A stretch of DNA of 64,000 bases from Anaerolineales bacterium UBA2181 (GCA_002328075.1 DCVT01000015.1:75971-139970), one strand, 5' to 3'; positions 36,026 to 45,346 are shown, counted from the stretch's first letter. Numbers and translations: made by a program. Notes: a model not told the origin generated them from the sequence alone.

Positions 36026-36101
36026 TGGCTCCTCGGGCAGGACTTGAACCTACAACCAACCGGTTAACAGCCGGCCGCTCTGCCGATTGAGCTACCGAGG
36101 A
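36026..36101 (-). tRNA. tRNA-Asn (GTT anticodon), CCA encoded
   Basis: The minus-strand sequence is TCCTCGG-TA-GCTC-AATCGGCA-GAGC-G-GCCGG-CTGTTAA-CCGGT-TGGTT-GTAGG-TTCAAGT-CCTGC-CCGAGGA-G-CCA. It folds as a canonical 76-nt cloverleaf. Confidence 0.95.
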
Positions 36102-36141
36102 ACATCAACCTGGCGGTATTATACCAGCATGACCTGCTCCG

Positions 36142-36579
36142 TCAAGGAGAGGCTCCTTCACCCAGCAGCTGTATGATCACCTTTCGTTGGCGAGGGTGCG
36201 TATCCAGGTCCACCAGAATGATCTGCTGCCAGGTTCCCAGCGTAAGCCTCCCGTCGACCACAGGCACAGTCAGGCTGGGTCCTAGCACGGCCGCTCGGAC
36301 GTGGCTGTGGCCGTTTCCGTCTCCCCAGCGACGGTTATGAGCATAATCGCGATCGGGCGGCGCCATCTCGTCCAACAGCCGGCGCAGGTCGGCCAGCGCG
36401 CCGTCCTCGTACTCGATGGTTGTCACCGCTGCCGTCGAACCGGGGCAGAAAACGGTGACGATGCCGTTCTGGAGTTGGCTGTTCTTGACGGCCGCCGACA
36501 CCGCCGGGGTCAGGTCTCGGATGTCTGCATTGCCCCGCGTGTACAACTCGAGAGTCTCTGCTGTCGCTGTCATCGGCAT
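36142..36579 (-). CDS. yjbQ: YjbQ/UPF0047-family protein (secondary thiamine-phosphate synthase family)
   Basis: FCPGSTAAVTTIEYE, HSHVRAA and LTLGTWQQIILVDLD motifs. I use the internal ATG at 36579, because the longer track ORF would overlap fabI. Confidence 0.8.
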   Translation of the reverse strand: MPMTATAETLELYTRGNADIRDLTPAVSAAVKNSQLQNGIVTVFCPGSTAAVTTIEYEDGALADLRRLLDEMAPPDRDYAHNRRWGDGNGHSHVRAAVLGPSLTVPVVDGRLTLGTWQQIILVDLDTHPRQRKVIIQLLGEGASP

Positions 36580-36623
36580 CTCCAAAGGTTGCTCTGCGCG
36601 AGAGGCTGATGGGTGGGGCTGGA

Positions 36624-37406
36624 TCAGCCGGTTGGTCGGGTGAGTCCCAGAATGTGGTAACCGGCGTCCACGTGCAGTGTCTCGCCCGTCACGCCGCTGC
36701 CCAGGTCGCTGAGAAGGTAGAGCGCGCTTTTTCCCACCTCGGTTGCGCTGATGCTTCGCCGCAAGGGAGCGCACTCTCCGACGTGGTGCAGCATATCACG
36801 AAAGCCCATAAAAGCCCCCGCTGAAAGCGTCTTGACTGGCCCGGCGCTAATGGCGTTCACCCGGATGCCGTCCGGGCCCAGGTCGGCCGCCAGGTACCGC
36901 ACGCTGGCTTCCAGTGCCGCTTTGGCGGCACCCATCACGTTGTAATGCGGTATCACCTTTTCTGCTCCATAGTAGGTCAGGGTGAGGATGGCGCCGCCGC
37001 GGCTCATGAGCGGCCGGGCAGCGCGGGACAGCGCCACCAGCGAATAGACGCTGATGTCCATGGCCGTGTGAAAGCCTGCCCGCGAGGTGTCCAGATAGAG
37101 GCCGTTCAAGTCATCTCGTTCGGCGTAGGCAATGGCGTGAACCAGGATATCCAGGTGACCGAAAACCTGGGCTGCCCGGTCGAACACCACCTCAATCTGG
37201 CCGTCGTCGGTCACGTCGCAGGGTTCCACGAATCGCGCGCCGAGCTCGTCCGCCAGCGGCCGAACGCGGCGCTCCAACTTGTCGCCGGCATAACTCAGAC
37301 CCACGTCCGCGCCGGCTTCCCAAAGGCACTGGGCAATAGCCCAGGCCAGCGAGTGTTTGTTGGCGACCCCAAAGACCAATGCTGTTTTCCCTTCCAGTAA
37401 CCTCAT
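36624..37406 (-). CDS. fabI: Enoyl-[acyl-carrier-protein] reductase (NADH)
   Basis: GKTALVFGVANKHSLAWAIA, LTYYGAEKVIPHYNVMGAAKAALE and ISAGPVKTL. Confidence 0.9.
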   Translation of the reverse strand: MRLLEGKTALVFGVANKHSLAWAIAQCLWEAGADVGLSYAGDKLERRVRPLADELGARFVEPCDVTDDGQIEVVFDRAAQVFGHLDILVHAIAYAERDDLNGLYLDTSRAGFHTAMDISVYSLVALSRAARPLMSRGGAILTLTYYGAEKVIPHYNVMGAAKAALEASVRYLAADLGPDGIRVNAISAGPVKTLSAGAFMGFRDMLHHVGECAPLRRSISATEVGKSALYLLSDLGSGVTGETLHVDAGYHILGLTRPTG

Positions 37407-37494
37407 TTGCCGAACCTTCCTTCAGCATGGACGGCCCGACCACGGGCAAGCCGCTGTCGGCCGGTCGGCGGCGCGGGCAGGCCGCCACCGCTAT

Positions 37495-38133
37495 TCATGT
37501 GTCCCGATCCGACGTCTGTCTGCCGACAGACCGGCGAGCGGTCGAGACCGTCGGTTCGTCGCGTAACCAGAACCGTAGCGGGTGACTGCGCCAGGGCTCG
37601 TGAGCATACGCGACGCCAACGCGTGGGCCGGTTGCAACCCGTTCGGGTGCCACCGGCTCACCCGCGGCTACCAGGATTTGGCCGCGGGGATTGCACACGT
37701 CCTCGCCGTTCAGGCTGCCGTCGACCGCCAGGGCCTGGCACAACCGCGCCGGGCCGTTGGTCAACTGGGCGTCCGGCCGGTGGTTGCGCCGAGAGCGCAT
37801 GGATGGCAGACCGCGCAGAGGAGTGAGGGCTCGTAGCAGGACCGCCCCGGCTTCCTGGCTCTCGCGGCCGACCAGGTTGAGCATCCAGTGCATCCCGTAG
37901 GTGAAGTAGACATAGGCGTGTCCCGGCTCGCCGAACATGACCCCGTTCCGGGCGGTTCGACCGCTGCGAGCGTGCGATGCTCCATCGGTCGGGCCAGAAT
38001 ATGCCTCTGTCTCCACGATGCGTCCGACCAGTAGGAGACCATCTGCAAGCTGGCGCACCAACAAGGCGCCCAGCAAGCCAAGCGCCACCCGGTCGGTCTC
38101 CTGCGCGTAAAACGAACGGGGCAGAGGGTCCAC
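37495..38133 (-). CDS. mpg: DNA-3-methyladenine glycosylase (Mpg/AAG family)
   Basis: VETEAY, AYVYFTYGMHWMLN and NGPARLCQAL motifs. Confidence 0.85.
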   Translation of the reverse strand: MDPLPRSFYAQETDRVALGLLGALLVRQLADGLLLVGRIVETEAYSGPTDGASHARSGRTARNGVMFGEPGHAYVYFTYGMHWMLNLVGRESQEAGAVLLRALTPLRGLPSMRSRRNHRPDAQLTNGPARLCQALAVDGSLNGEDVCNPRGQILVAAGEPVAPERVATGPRVGVAYAHEPWRSHPLRFWLRDEPTVSTARRSVGRQTSDRDT

Positions 38134-38169
38134 ACGTCAATTCTAACACAACGGACGGCGCCTGCCATT

Positions 38170-38197
38170 TTGGTCTACCGGAGGCATACAGTATAAT
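38170..38197 (+). promoter_or_regulatory. Possible promoter for the M23 peptidase gene
   Basis: TTGGTC (38170-75), a 16-nt spacer, then TATAAT (38192-97) in the divergent intergenic region. Confidence 0.35.
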
Positions 38198-38212
38198 ATC
38201 GTTTGCCCCCAC

Positions 38213-39433
38213 ATGGGCACGGAGGCATTCAATTGCAGCGTTGTGGTCGCAAACCGGGTCGCCGAGACCGCCAGCGCGGTGGTTATGGTGGTCTGGGATA
38301 ACCTGGTGAATCGAGAGCGATATCGCCTCCGCCCAGTGACGCGGTTGGCTTGGCTGATCCTCATCGTGTGCTGCCTGGGTGCCTGCGGTCCTAACCAGGC
38401 CCTGGATGGTGTTGCTTTGGCGCCAGTGGTGGTTCACACCGCGGTGATTGGCACGCCGACCGCGGCTGTGCCATCCACCACCCGCTACCTGACCTGGACG
38501 CCAACTCAGACCGGTGCCATAGCCAGCCCGATTCCCACCTGGACCCCGTCGGTGACGCCGGCGGTGCCCACCTTGGTGGCCACCAGGATAGCCACCTTCA
38601 CCCCCCCACGGTTGCCGGCTGACATGAGGGATGGGCGAGATCATTACTGGTTCGACCGGCCGATACCGGCCGATCAGGTTAACTGGACTGACCGCATTTA
38701 TCCCTACGGGTCCACCCGCGGCGGCCTCTTGCCCACGCACCGTGGAGTCGAATTCATCAACCCGGAGGGGGTGCCAGTCCTGGCGGCGGGAGACGGAACG
38801 GTGGTTACGGCCGGCGCAGACGACCAGGTGCTCTTTGGGCCGCAACCAGATTACTATGGCCTGCTGGTGGTGATCCGTCATGAGCAGTTGTTCCATGAGC
38901 GCCGGGTATACACGCTTTATGGCCACCTGTCCCAGGTCCTGGTGACCGAGGGGCAGGTGGTGGCTTCGGGCGACACGGTTGGGCTGGTGGGAGGGACCGG
39001 CGTGGCTAACGGAGGCGCGCATCTGCATTTCGAAATTCGCATAGGCCACAATGGCTACGAAGAGACCCGCAACCCGGATCTCTGGCTTCGGCCTTTCCCC
39101 AACCGGGGAACGCTGGCCGGCCGGTTGCTGTGGGCGGACGGGAGCTATGTGTACGGAGCTCCTCTGTTGGTTCAACGGTTGGACGACCCCACCCGATTCG
39201 TCAACCGCACCATCTACACCTACGCCGATACCACTGTAAACCCGGATGACGGATGGCAGGAAAACTTTGCCGCGCCGGATGTGGAGGCTGGCCCGTACCT
39301 GGTGACGTTTCGCCATTCGGAATGGGGTCAGGTGCTCCAGGAGGCGGTCTGGGTGTATCCCGGTGAGACGACGTTGGTGACGCTCCAATTACGCCCGCTG
39401 GCAACGCCCGAGCCCTCCGGTACACCTCAGTGA
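38213..39433 (+). CDS. M23-family metallopeptidase
   Basis: HRGVEF, GDGTVV and GAHLHFEIR motifs. It has an N-terminal hydrophobic/lipobox-like segment LILIVCCLGACG and a PT-rich linker. The start is uncertain (38213 or ATG 38285). Confidence 0.8.
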   Translation: MGTEAFNCSVVVANRVAETASAVVMVVWDNLVNRERYRLRPVTRLAWLILIVCCLGACGPNQALDGVALAPVVVHTAVIGTPTAAVPSTTRYLTWTPTQTGAIASPIPTWTPSVTPAVPTLVATRIATFTPPRLPADMRDGRDHYWFDRPIPADQVNWTDRIYPYGSTRGGLLPTHRGVEFINPEGVPVLAAGDGTVVTAGADDQVLFGPQPDYYGLLVVIRHEQLFHERRVYTLYGHLSQVLVTEGQVVASGDTVGLVGGTGVANGGAHLHFEIRIGHNGYEETRNPDLWLRPFPNRGTLAGRLLWADGSYVYGAPLLVQRLDDPTRFVNRTIYTYADTTVNPDDGWQENFAAPDVEAGPYLVTFRHSEWGQVLQEAVWVYPGETTLVTLQLRPLATPEPSGTPQ

Positions 39434-39434
39434 T

Positions 39435-39463
39435 TTGACATCGCCCGGGGGCTCTGTTATGCT
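39435..39463 (+). promoter_or_regulatory. Promoter of rnpB
   Basis: TTGACA (39435-40), a 17-nt spacer, then TATGCT (39458-63). The predicted start near 39470 coincides with the 5' strand of helix P1. Confidence 0.55.
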
Positions 39464-39469
39464 CTAAAT

Positions 39470-39843
39470 GGTGTCCGAGGCGGCCAGGCGGTCGCGCCCC
39501 CTTGCGGGGTGAGGAAAGTCCGGGCTCCACAGAGCGCGGTGCTGGCTAACTGCCAGGCGGAGTGATCCGGCGGTAAAGGGCAACAGAGAGGTAGATTGCC
39601 GGTCGGTCGGCAACGACTGATCAGCGAGGGTGAAACGGTGTGGCAAGAGCACACCGGCGGCTGTGGCAACATAGCCGGCCAGGCATCCCCCACCGGGAGC
39701 AAGGCCAAACAGGAGGGAATCCATCTGGACGGGGGCTGCTCGTCCCCGTTGACTTTCGGGTAGGCCGCGTAGATAGATGATCGCCACCCCGGCAATCGAC
39801 CGGGGGACAGAACCCGGCTTATCGGCCGGCTCGGACGCCAGCC
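39470..39843 (+). ncRNA. rnpB: RNase P RNA, bacterial type A
   Basis: Universal blocks GAGGAAAGTCCGGGCTCCACAGAGC, AGGGTGAAACGGTG, GGAGCAAGGCCAAA and ACAGAACCCGGCTTATCGG are present. The 5' GGTGTCCGAGGCGG pairs with the 3' CCGGCTCGGACGCC to form P1. Confidence 0.9.
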
Positions 39844-39988
39844 AACAACCATGGGAACGCGGGCTCTGGCAGGTGGGTTTGCCAGCGAGCGGGCGCCATG
39901 ATAGCATTCGTTTGTGCCCGGAGGCCGAGTCTATCAACAGGACCATTCGGGCCGCTGTTCTCCCGGGGAACGGAGTGATGTGTCCGGC

Positions 39989-40170
39989 AAGACGCCGAGT
40001 AACGTATTGGTGATGGAAGGCGGCCATCGCGTGCAGCTGGCGATTGCACTCATGCTGCGGCGCTGGGACTGCCGAGCGGTGACAGCGCGGGACGGTATGC
40101 ACGGTCTGGTAGATTGCTGCCAGAGCGGGTGGAGCCGGTGCTGACGGACGTCATGATGGTGATGCTGACC
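39989..40170 (+). pseudogene. Frameshifted receiver (REC)-domain relic running into the start of the next gene
   Basis: Frame A reads KTPSNVLVMEGGHRVQLAIALMLRRWDCRAVTARDGMHGLVD and then stops at 40142-44. Frame +1 continues as LLPERVEPVLTDVMMV. Together these give the beta1-alpha1-beta2-alpha2-beta3 pattern of a response-regulator N-terminus up to the phospho-acceptor Asp. The usual acidic DD pair is replaced by EG. Confidence 0.35.
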
Positions 40171-42537
40171 CGAACCAGACGGGTGCAGTCAGCCGGTCTC
40201 CCGCTCCTATTGGGGCTGGCGGCGTTGGGCGCGATATTGACGCTCTTGGCGGGTTGGCCGGCGCGCGCGGCGGCCGAAATCCTCTATGTGGCGCCGGGCG
40301 GAGACTGCGGGGAAGCTGTTCCATGTTTTGCGTCCGTCCAGGCAGCGGTGGATGCCGCGCCTGATTACGCTACCGTCAAGGTGGCGCAAGGCGTGTACAC
40401 GGGCGATGGATCCCAGGTGGTGCTGGTCTCCCGGCCGATCACGCTGACCGGTGGTTATTCCATCTCTGACTGGAACCTATCCAACCCAACACACCACCCA
40501 ACTGTGGTGGATGCCGAAAACGCAACCAACCGGCGCGGCGTGGTCATTCATGGTGCGGACGGGGCGCCCATCAGGCTGTCTGGCCTGACGGTCCGGAGTG
40601 GCCGGGCGCTCTATTCCAAGGGGGGAGGAGTATACGTGCATTCCGGCGTGGTGGAGATGCGGCAGGTTGTGTTGGAGGACTGCGTCGCGGACACTGGCGG
40701 GGGACTCTATCAGGCGGGAGGAAGCCTTACGCTAGCTGAGAGCTGGATAAAGGGCAATCTGGCGCATTGGGATGGCGGTGGACTGGCTTTGGGCAACGGC
40801 ACCCTCCTCCTGCAAGGCAATCGAGTGCAGGGCAATACCGCAACTCGGCATGGGGGTGGGCTGTCGGTAGCTGCCGGGGTGGTCGAGCTGAGTGGCAACA
40901 TCATTGCGGGCAACCAGGCCAACAGCGGCAGTGGTCTGGCGGTGGGCGGCGGACAGGTCACCGGAGTCAACGACGTGATTGCCCGCAACGTTTCCCCATG
41001 GGACGGGGTGTATGTAGCCGGCAGCGGGTCGGTTCACGCTCGTCATTGGACGTTGGTGAGCAACAGCGGGTACGCACTGACGACGTACGGCGGGCAGGCC
41101 CTGCTCACCAACACCCTCGTCGTGTCCCACGCGCTGGTGGGGTTGTGGGGGCTGGATATCACCGCCGACCACACGCTGTTTTACGGAAACGGCGAGCAGT
41201 GCGGGGGCGGTGCAATCTGCACCGGAAGTGTGGAGGGGGACCCCGGGTTCTTTAGCCCGGTTGGGTGGAACTATCATATCCGGCCGGGTTCGGCCGCGGT
41301 GGATGCGGGGGTCGACGCAGGAGTCTCCTGGGACATGGACGGCGAACCCAGGCCGGCGGGGCAAGGGGTTGACATTGGTGCCGATGAATTGTGGCCCTAC
41401 CAGTTGACCTTTCTGCCCTTGGTCTGGCGCCTGCCAGCGGTGAATATGCCGGATCCCCTTCCTCCACCGGTTCCGATGACGGGAACAACGCCGTTGAACT
41501 GGCCGGCCATCCGTGCGGGGTTGCAGGCGCAGGGCCAGGACCTGGCATTCGTCAAGATTGGGTTTCACCTGGGTGTTGGCGGCAATGCCGTCGGATTTGG
41601 CGCTTACCTGGATACGCTGGCGCTTGACGGTGTGCCGGTCATGGTCAAGAGCGTGGACAATTTTGGTGTCTGTGCCGATGCCCTGGCGGCTAATCCAGAC
41701 AACGTGGTGGTTTTCCGCAAGACCGGTGCCCTAGAACTGCCGAATTATGACCTTCCGCCGGAGCAGTCGGCAGTTCAACACTGGTCCAATATCAAGGCAG
41801 CGCTTCCGACCGAGTTTGACAAGCGGACCTGGCTGGAAGTTATGAATGAACCCGACAAAGACCGATCCGATTGGCTGGGCACGTTTGCCTACCACATTGG
41901 TCAACAGATGCTCAGCGAAGGGTATCGCTTTGCGGCTTTTGGTTGGTCCTCGGGCGAGCCGGAACCCGAGCACTGGACAACCCCCGGCATGCTGCAGTTC
42001 CTCCATCTGGCGGCCGCCAACCCGGACCGGATCGCGGTGGCGGTGCACGAGTACAGCTACACCGTCAATGACATTGCTGAAGGTTATCCGTACCTGGTCG
42101 GCCGCTTCCAGGATCTGTTCCGCATCTGCGACGAACACGGCATCCCCCGCCCAACGGTGCTCATCACCGAATGGGGCTGGGAGTACAACCACGTGCCGGC
42201 CGTGGTGGACGATGCCATGGACGACATCGCCTGGGCTTCCTGGCTTTATGCCGCCTATCCGCAGGTCAAGGGTGCCGCCATCTGGTATTTGGGCGGCGGT
42301 TTTGGCGGAATTGCCGACGAGGCGCAACGGCTCATCGCGCCGGTGCTGGATTATGCTCAAACCAGCTACTTTGTCATCGAACCTGGCCAGGGGCGGGTCG
42401 CCCCCGAGCTGTTCCAACCGGGTGCAGCCAGATCGCCCGAGCCGGTTGACCTGCCGGGGAAAACCTGGTTGCCGCAAAAGCCCGGGTGGCTAACGGGCCG
42501 CCAACCCTACAGGCAACAAGAACTGCCCGCCGATTAG
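40153..42537 (+). CDS. Secreted right-handed beta-helix protein with C-terminal clan GH-A-like TIM-barrel domain
   Basis: It has a signal peptide MMVMLTRTRRVQSAGLPLLLGLAALGAILTLLAGWPARAAA. The Gly/Asn-rich beta-helix repeats include GGGLY, GGGLAL, GGGLSV and NSGSGLAV. The C-terminus has WLEVMNEPD and VLITEWGWE (NEP acid/base and E nucleophile pattern). I prefer ATG 40153 over TTG 40114. Confidence 0.6.
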   Translation: MMVMLTRTRRVQSAGLPLLLGLAALGAILTLLAGWPARAAAEILYVAPGGDCGEAVPCFASVQAAVDAAPDYATVKVAQGVYTGDGSQVVLVSRPITLTGGYSISDWNLSNPTHHPTVVDAENATNRRGVVIHGADGAPIRLSGLTVRSGRALYSKGGGVYVHSGVVEMRQVVLEDCVADTGGGLYQAGGSLTLAESWIKGNLAHWDGGGLALGNGTLLLQGNRVQGNTATRHGGGLSVAAGVVELSGNIIAGNQANSGSGLAVGGGQVTGVNDVIARNVSPWDGVYVAGSGSVHARHWTLVSNSGYALTTYGGQALLTNTLVVSHALVGLWGLDITADHTLFYGNGEQCGGGAICTGSVEGDPGFFSPVGWNYHIRPGSAAVDAGVDAGVSWDMDGEPRPAGQGVDIGADELWPYQLTFLPLVWRLPAVNMPDPLPPPVPMTGTTPLNWPAIRAGLQAQGQDLAFVKIGFHLGVGGNAVGFGAYLDTLALDGVPVMVKSVDNFGVCADALAANPDNVVVFRKTGALELPNYDLPPEQSAVQHWSNIKAALPTEFDKRTWLEVMNEPDKDRSDWLGTFAYHIGQQMLSEGYRFAAFGWSSGEPEPEHWTTPGMLQFLHLAAANPDRIAVAVHEYSYTVNDIAEGYPYLVGRFQDLFRICDEHGIPRPTVLITEWGWEYNHVPAVVDDAMDDIAWASWLYAAYPQVKGAAIWYLGGGFGGIADEAQRLIAPVLDYAQTSYFVIEPGQGRVAPELFQPGAARSPEPVDLPGKTWLPQKPGWLTGRQPYRQQELPAD

Positions 42538-42710
42538 GTCCACCCCCAGTGCGCGGTCAAATCGGTGGGCCCAACGCCTGGCTGGAAGCAGAACGCCAAA
42601 CCGCCGGGAAAAGGTAGCAGTGCGTTGGCGGGCGCAATGCTCAGCCCAGCGGTTTATCGGCTATTCTGGGTCCGGACCTCTAGGCCGGAAACCGTGTGAT
42701 CCCCGCGTGG

Positions 42711-45302
42711 TCAGGGAACAAACTGAATGTCGTCCACGTAGGTCCAGGTGTTGTACCAACGGTCAAAAGCGCTCCAATTCTCCAGCCGCAGTGTGATATT
42801 GCGCCCTGCGTACGGAGCTACATTGACATCAAAATACTCCCACCCCTGCGACTGGGCCGGGTTCGTGCATCCATAGACGACCGTCTGGTTGCCGTCCATC
42901 TTGACTACACTTCCGTTGACGACAATCTGGAAGCGGTCATAGTTCTCGTCCACGAATTTGTCCTGACTGAAGATCCGGTACCAGACGCGCAGCTTGGTAT
43001 AACCGCTGGCCGGCACGCTGATGGTGCGCTGGGCCCAGGCAGAACCGAGGGGAACACCATCGTTGCAGGGGTAGGCCGGGTTGCCGAGCAATGCAGCCGA
43101 GGTTCCGGAGTGGCGATCCGCAGTGGTTACGGACTGGGACAGCTCGCCCCCATGCGACCATCCGGCCCAGCCATCCTCAAAGCCGCCGTTGTCCAAGGGA
43201 TAGTACCTCCCTACCACGATCGGTAGGTAGACTTGGCTCTTCTCCACAACGGTCGTGGCTACGGTGCTGGTCCCGCCGATGTTGCCTGCCAAATCGGTTG
43301 CCCTCACGCGGAAGGAGTAATTGTGATCGAACTGCACTGCCACCGGCGTGGATGGCCCAAACTGATCAGACGAGAGGGAGGTGTTAGCATGCCAGGTCTG
43401 CCAGGGGTTGTTATCCACCCTGTACTCGACCTGGTACGTCGCGATTCCTGAGCCGGGCGCAGGGTCAGCGCCTGACCACGTGACGGTCCACGAGCGCTGC
43501 CAGACCTTGACCGGCGAGCTGACGCTCGCCGAGGGCGCGACCGTGTCGCGGACCGTATTTCCGTCACCGCTGCTCGAGGCGGCCGCCTCCGAGTTGCCGG
43601 CGTTGTCCGTGGCTACGGTTTGAAAGTAGTAGGTTCCATCGCCACTCGTTGGGCTGAAACTAAAGGTGCCGCTGGTTCCGGTTGAGCACTGCCCGCTGGC
43701 GGTCCAGGTGCCACCGGAGCCGAACTTGTACCAGAGGCAGGTCTGGTTGGGGCCGGAGGCAGCGTCGCTGACCGTCCAGGCCACCGGAATCGGGCCCCCG
43801 TTGTCGTAGGCGGGCGGATTGGCCTGGGACGCCGGGGGCAAGGTGTCACGAACCGTGTTGTCGTCACCGCCGCCGGCAGCGGCGGCCTCCGAGTTGCCGG
43901 CGTTGTCGGTGGCGACGGTCTGAAAATAGTAGGTTCCGTCGCCCCCGGTCGGGTTAAATTCCCAGGTGCCGCTGGTTCCGCTTGAGCACTGCCCGCTGGC
44001 GGTCCACGTGCCACCAGAGCCGAATTTGTACCAGAGGCAGGTCTGGTTGGGGCCGGAGGTGGAGTCGCTGGTGGTCCAACCGACGGGGATCGTTTCGCCG
44101 TTGTCGTAGGTGGGCGAACTGGCGGTGGATGACGGGGGCACGGTATCGCGAATCGTGTTTGTGTCACCGCTGCCAGAGGCGGCCGCCTCCGAGTTTCCGG
44201 CGACATCGGTGGCAACGGTCTGAAAGTAGTAGGTGCCGTCGCCACTGGTTGGATCAAAGTTAAAGGTGCCACTGGTTCCAGCTGAACACAACCCGCTGGC
44301 CGTCCAGGTGCCGCCGGAACCGAACTTGTACCAGAGGCAGGTCTGGTTGGGGCCGGAGGTGGCGTCGCTGGCGACCCATATCACCGGAATGGTCCCACCC
44401 GTGTCGTAGGTGGGCGAATTGGCCGAGGACGCCGGGGGGACTGAATCCCGCAATGTCTGCCCATCACCGCTGCCGGAGGCAGCCGCCTCCGAGTTGCCGG
44501 CGTTATCGGTGGCCACCGTCTGAAAGTAGTAGGTTCCATCGTCACTGGTTGGTGGGTTGAAATTGAAGGTGCCGCTGGTACCACCTGAACACAGCCCGCT
44601 GGCGGTCCAGGTGCCGCCGGAACCGAACTTGTACCACAAGCAGGTCTGGCCAGGGCCGGAGGTAGCGTCGCTGGCGGTCCAACCCACCGGAATCAGCCCG
44701 CCGGTGTCGTATGCTGGCGGGCTGGCCGACGACGTCGGCGCTACCGTGTCATACATCGTGTTGGTGTCGCCGTTCCCAGCAGGGCCATCCTCCACGTTAT
44801 TGGCGTTGTCGGTGGCAACGGTCTGAAAATAGTAGGTCCCGTCTCCGTTAGCGGCGACAAAGTAAAAGGTGGCGGATTCCGCCGTGTTGGTATAGCTGGT
44901 GGTGATCCAGTCGCCCGTGCCGAACTTGAAATGCAGGCGCACCAACTTGATCCCGCTGCCGGCATGGCCGTCAGACGCTGTATAGCTCACCGGAATGGTG
45001 GCTACCAGAGAATAGTTGGGTGAGACTGCGGTGGAGGTGGGGGGTTGATTGTCGGCGAGAGGAGTCCTGGGGGTCAACGCGTTGGCTGCGGGGTTGTTTG
45101 GTGCAACCACGGGCAGTGTAACAACCTGACGCGTCAGGTCTCCGGCAGCCTGGGCTGCGGCGGCTACCGCCGTCAGCAAGAGCAGTAGAGTTACCAGGAC
45201 GGCTACTACTATCACCGAGGTGCGCCTGATTAGCTGCGCTCGACATCGTGTCGATTGATCAGTCTGGTTCCTCATCGCATTTTCTCCTCGAATCGTCTGC
45301 AT
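42711..45302 (-). CDS. Secreted/anchored protein with five ~100-aa Ig-like tandem repeats and C-terminal CBM-like jelly-roll
   Basis: It has an N-terminal TM/signal segment (VIVVAVLVTLLLLLTAVAAAAQA). The repeat unit is GPNQTCLWYKFGSGGTWTASG.CS.GTSGTF.F.P..GDGTYYFQTVATDNAGNSEAAA. A further ATDLAGN Ig-like domain follows. The C-terminus reads NGGFEDGW...YVDDIQFVP. Confidence 0.6.
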   Translation of the reverse strand: MQTIRGENAMRNQTDQSTRCRAQLIRRTSVIVVAVLVTLLLLLTAVAAAAQAAGDLTRQVVTLPVVAPNNPAANALTPRTPLADNQPPTSTAVSPNYSLVATIPVSYTASDGHAGSGIKLVRLHFKFGTGDWITTSYTNTAESATFYFVAANGDGTYYFQTVATDNANNVEDGPAGNGDTNTMYDTVAPTSSASPPAYDTGGLIPVGWTASDATSGPGQTCLWYKFGSGGTWTASGLCSGGTSGTFNFNPPTSDDGTYYFQTVATDNAGNSEAAASGSGDGQTLRDSVPPASSANSPTYDTGGTIPVIWVASDATSGPNQTCLWYKFGSGGTWTASGLCSAGTSGTFNFDPTSGDGTYYFQTVATDVAGNSEAAASGSGDTNTIRDTVPPSSTASSPTYDNGETIPVGWTTSDSTSGPNQTCLWYKFGSGGTWTASGQCSSGTSGTWEFNPTGGDGTYYFQTVATDNAGNSEAAAAGGGDDNTVRDTLPPASQANPPAYDNGGPIPVAWTVSDAASGPNQTCLWYKFGSGGTWTASGQCSTGTSGTFSFSPTSGDGTYYFQTVATDNAGNSEAAASSSGDGNTVRDTVAPSASVSSPVKVWQRSWTVTWSGADPAPGSGIATYQVEYRVDNNPWQTWHANTSLSSDQFGPSTPVAVQFDHNYSFRVRATDLAGNIGGTSTVATTVVEKSQVYLPIVVGRYYPLDNGGFEDGWAGWSHGGELSQSVTTADRHSGTSAALLGNPAYPCNDGVPLGSAWAQRTISVPASGYTKLRVWYRIFSQDKFVDENYDRFQIVVNGSVVKMDGNQTVVYGCTNPAQSQGWEYFDVNVAPYAGRNITLRLENWSAFDRWYNTWTYVDDIQFVP
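43540..45030 (-). repeat. Five tandem ~300-bp coding repeats
   Basis: The anchor GGTCTGAAA(G/A)TAGTAGGT recurs at 43617, 43918, 44218, 44518 and 44819, a period of 300-301 bp. The four central and 3' units are highly similar and the 5'-most unit is divergent. Confidence 0.85.
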
Positions 45303-45346
45303 CGTTCATGTCATCCAGCGTTCAATGACGCGCCACCGCACCGGGC

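Noticed and set aside
35778-36059. 93-aa minus-strand ORF
   Set aside because: It overlaps the tRNA-Asn gene and its terminator hairpin. Its composition is Gly/Arg-rich and no motifs are present.
37658-39388. 576-aa minus-strand ORF, the longest unannotated ORF in the track
   Set aside because: It lies antisense to the well-supported mpg and M23 peptidase genes. Its translation is Arg/Gly/Pro-rich low-complexity sequence with no motifs. This is typical of shadow ORFs in high-GC DNA.
40114-40152. TTG start at 40114 for the beta-helix/GH protein, as in the ORF track
   Set aside because: ATG 40153 gives a textbook signal peptide (n-region RTRR, hydrophobic core, ARA-AA). The 13 extra codons belong to the REC-like relic sequence. 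This remains uncertain.
43540-45030. Regular ~300-bp repeats considered as a CRISPR array or noncoding satellite
   Set aside because: The period is far too long for CRISPR. There is no repeat-spacer structure, and the repeats are in frame within one continuous 863-aa ORF encoding Ig-like units.
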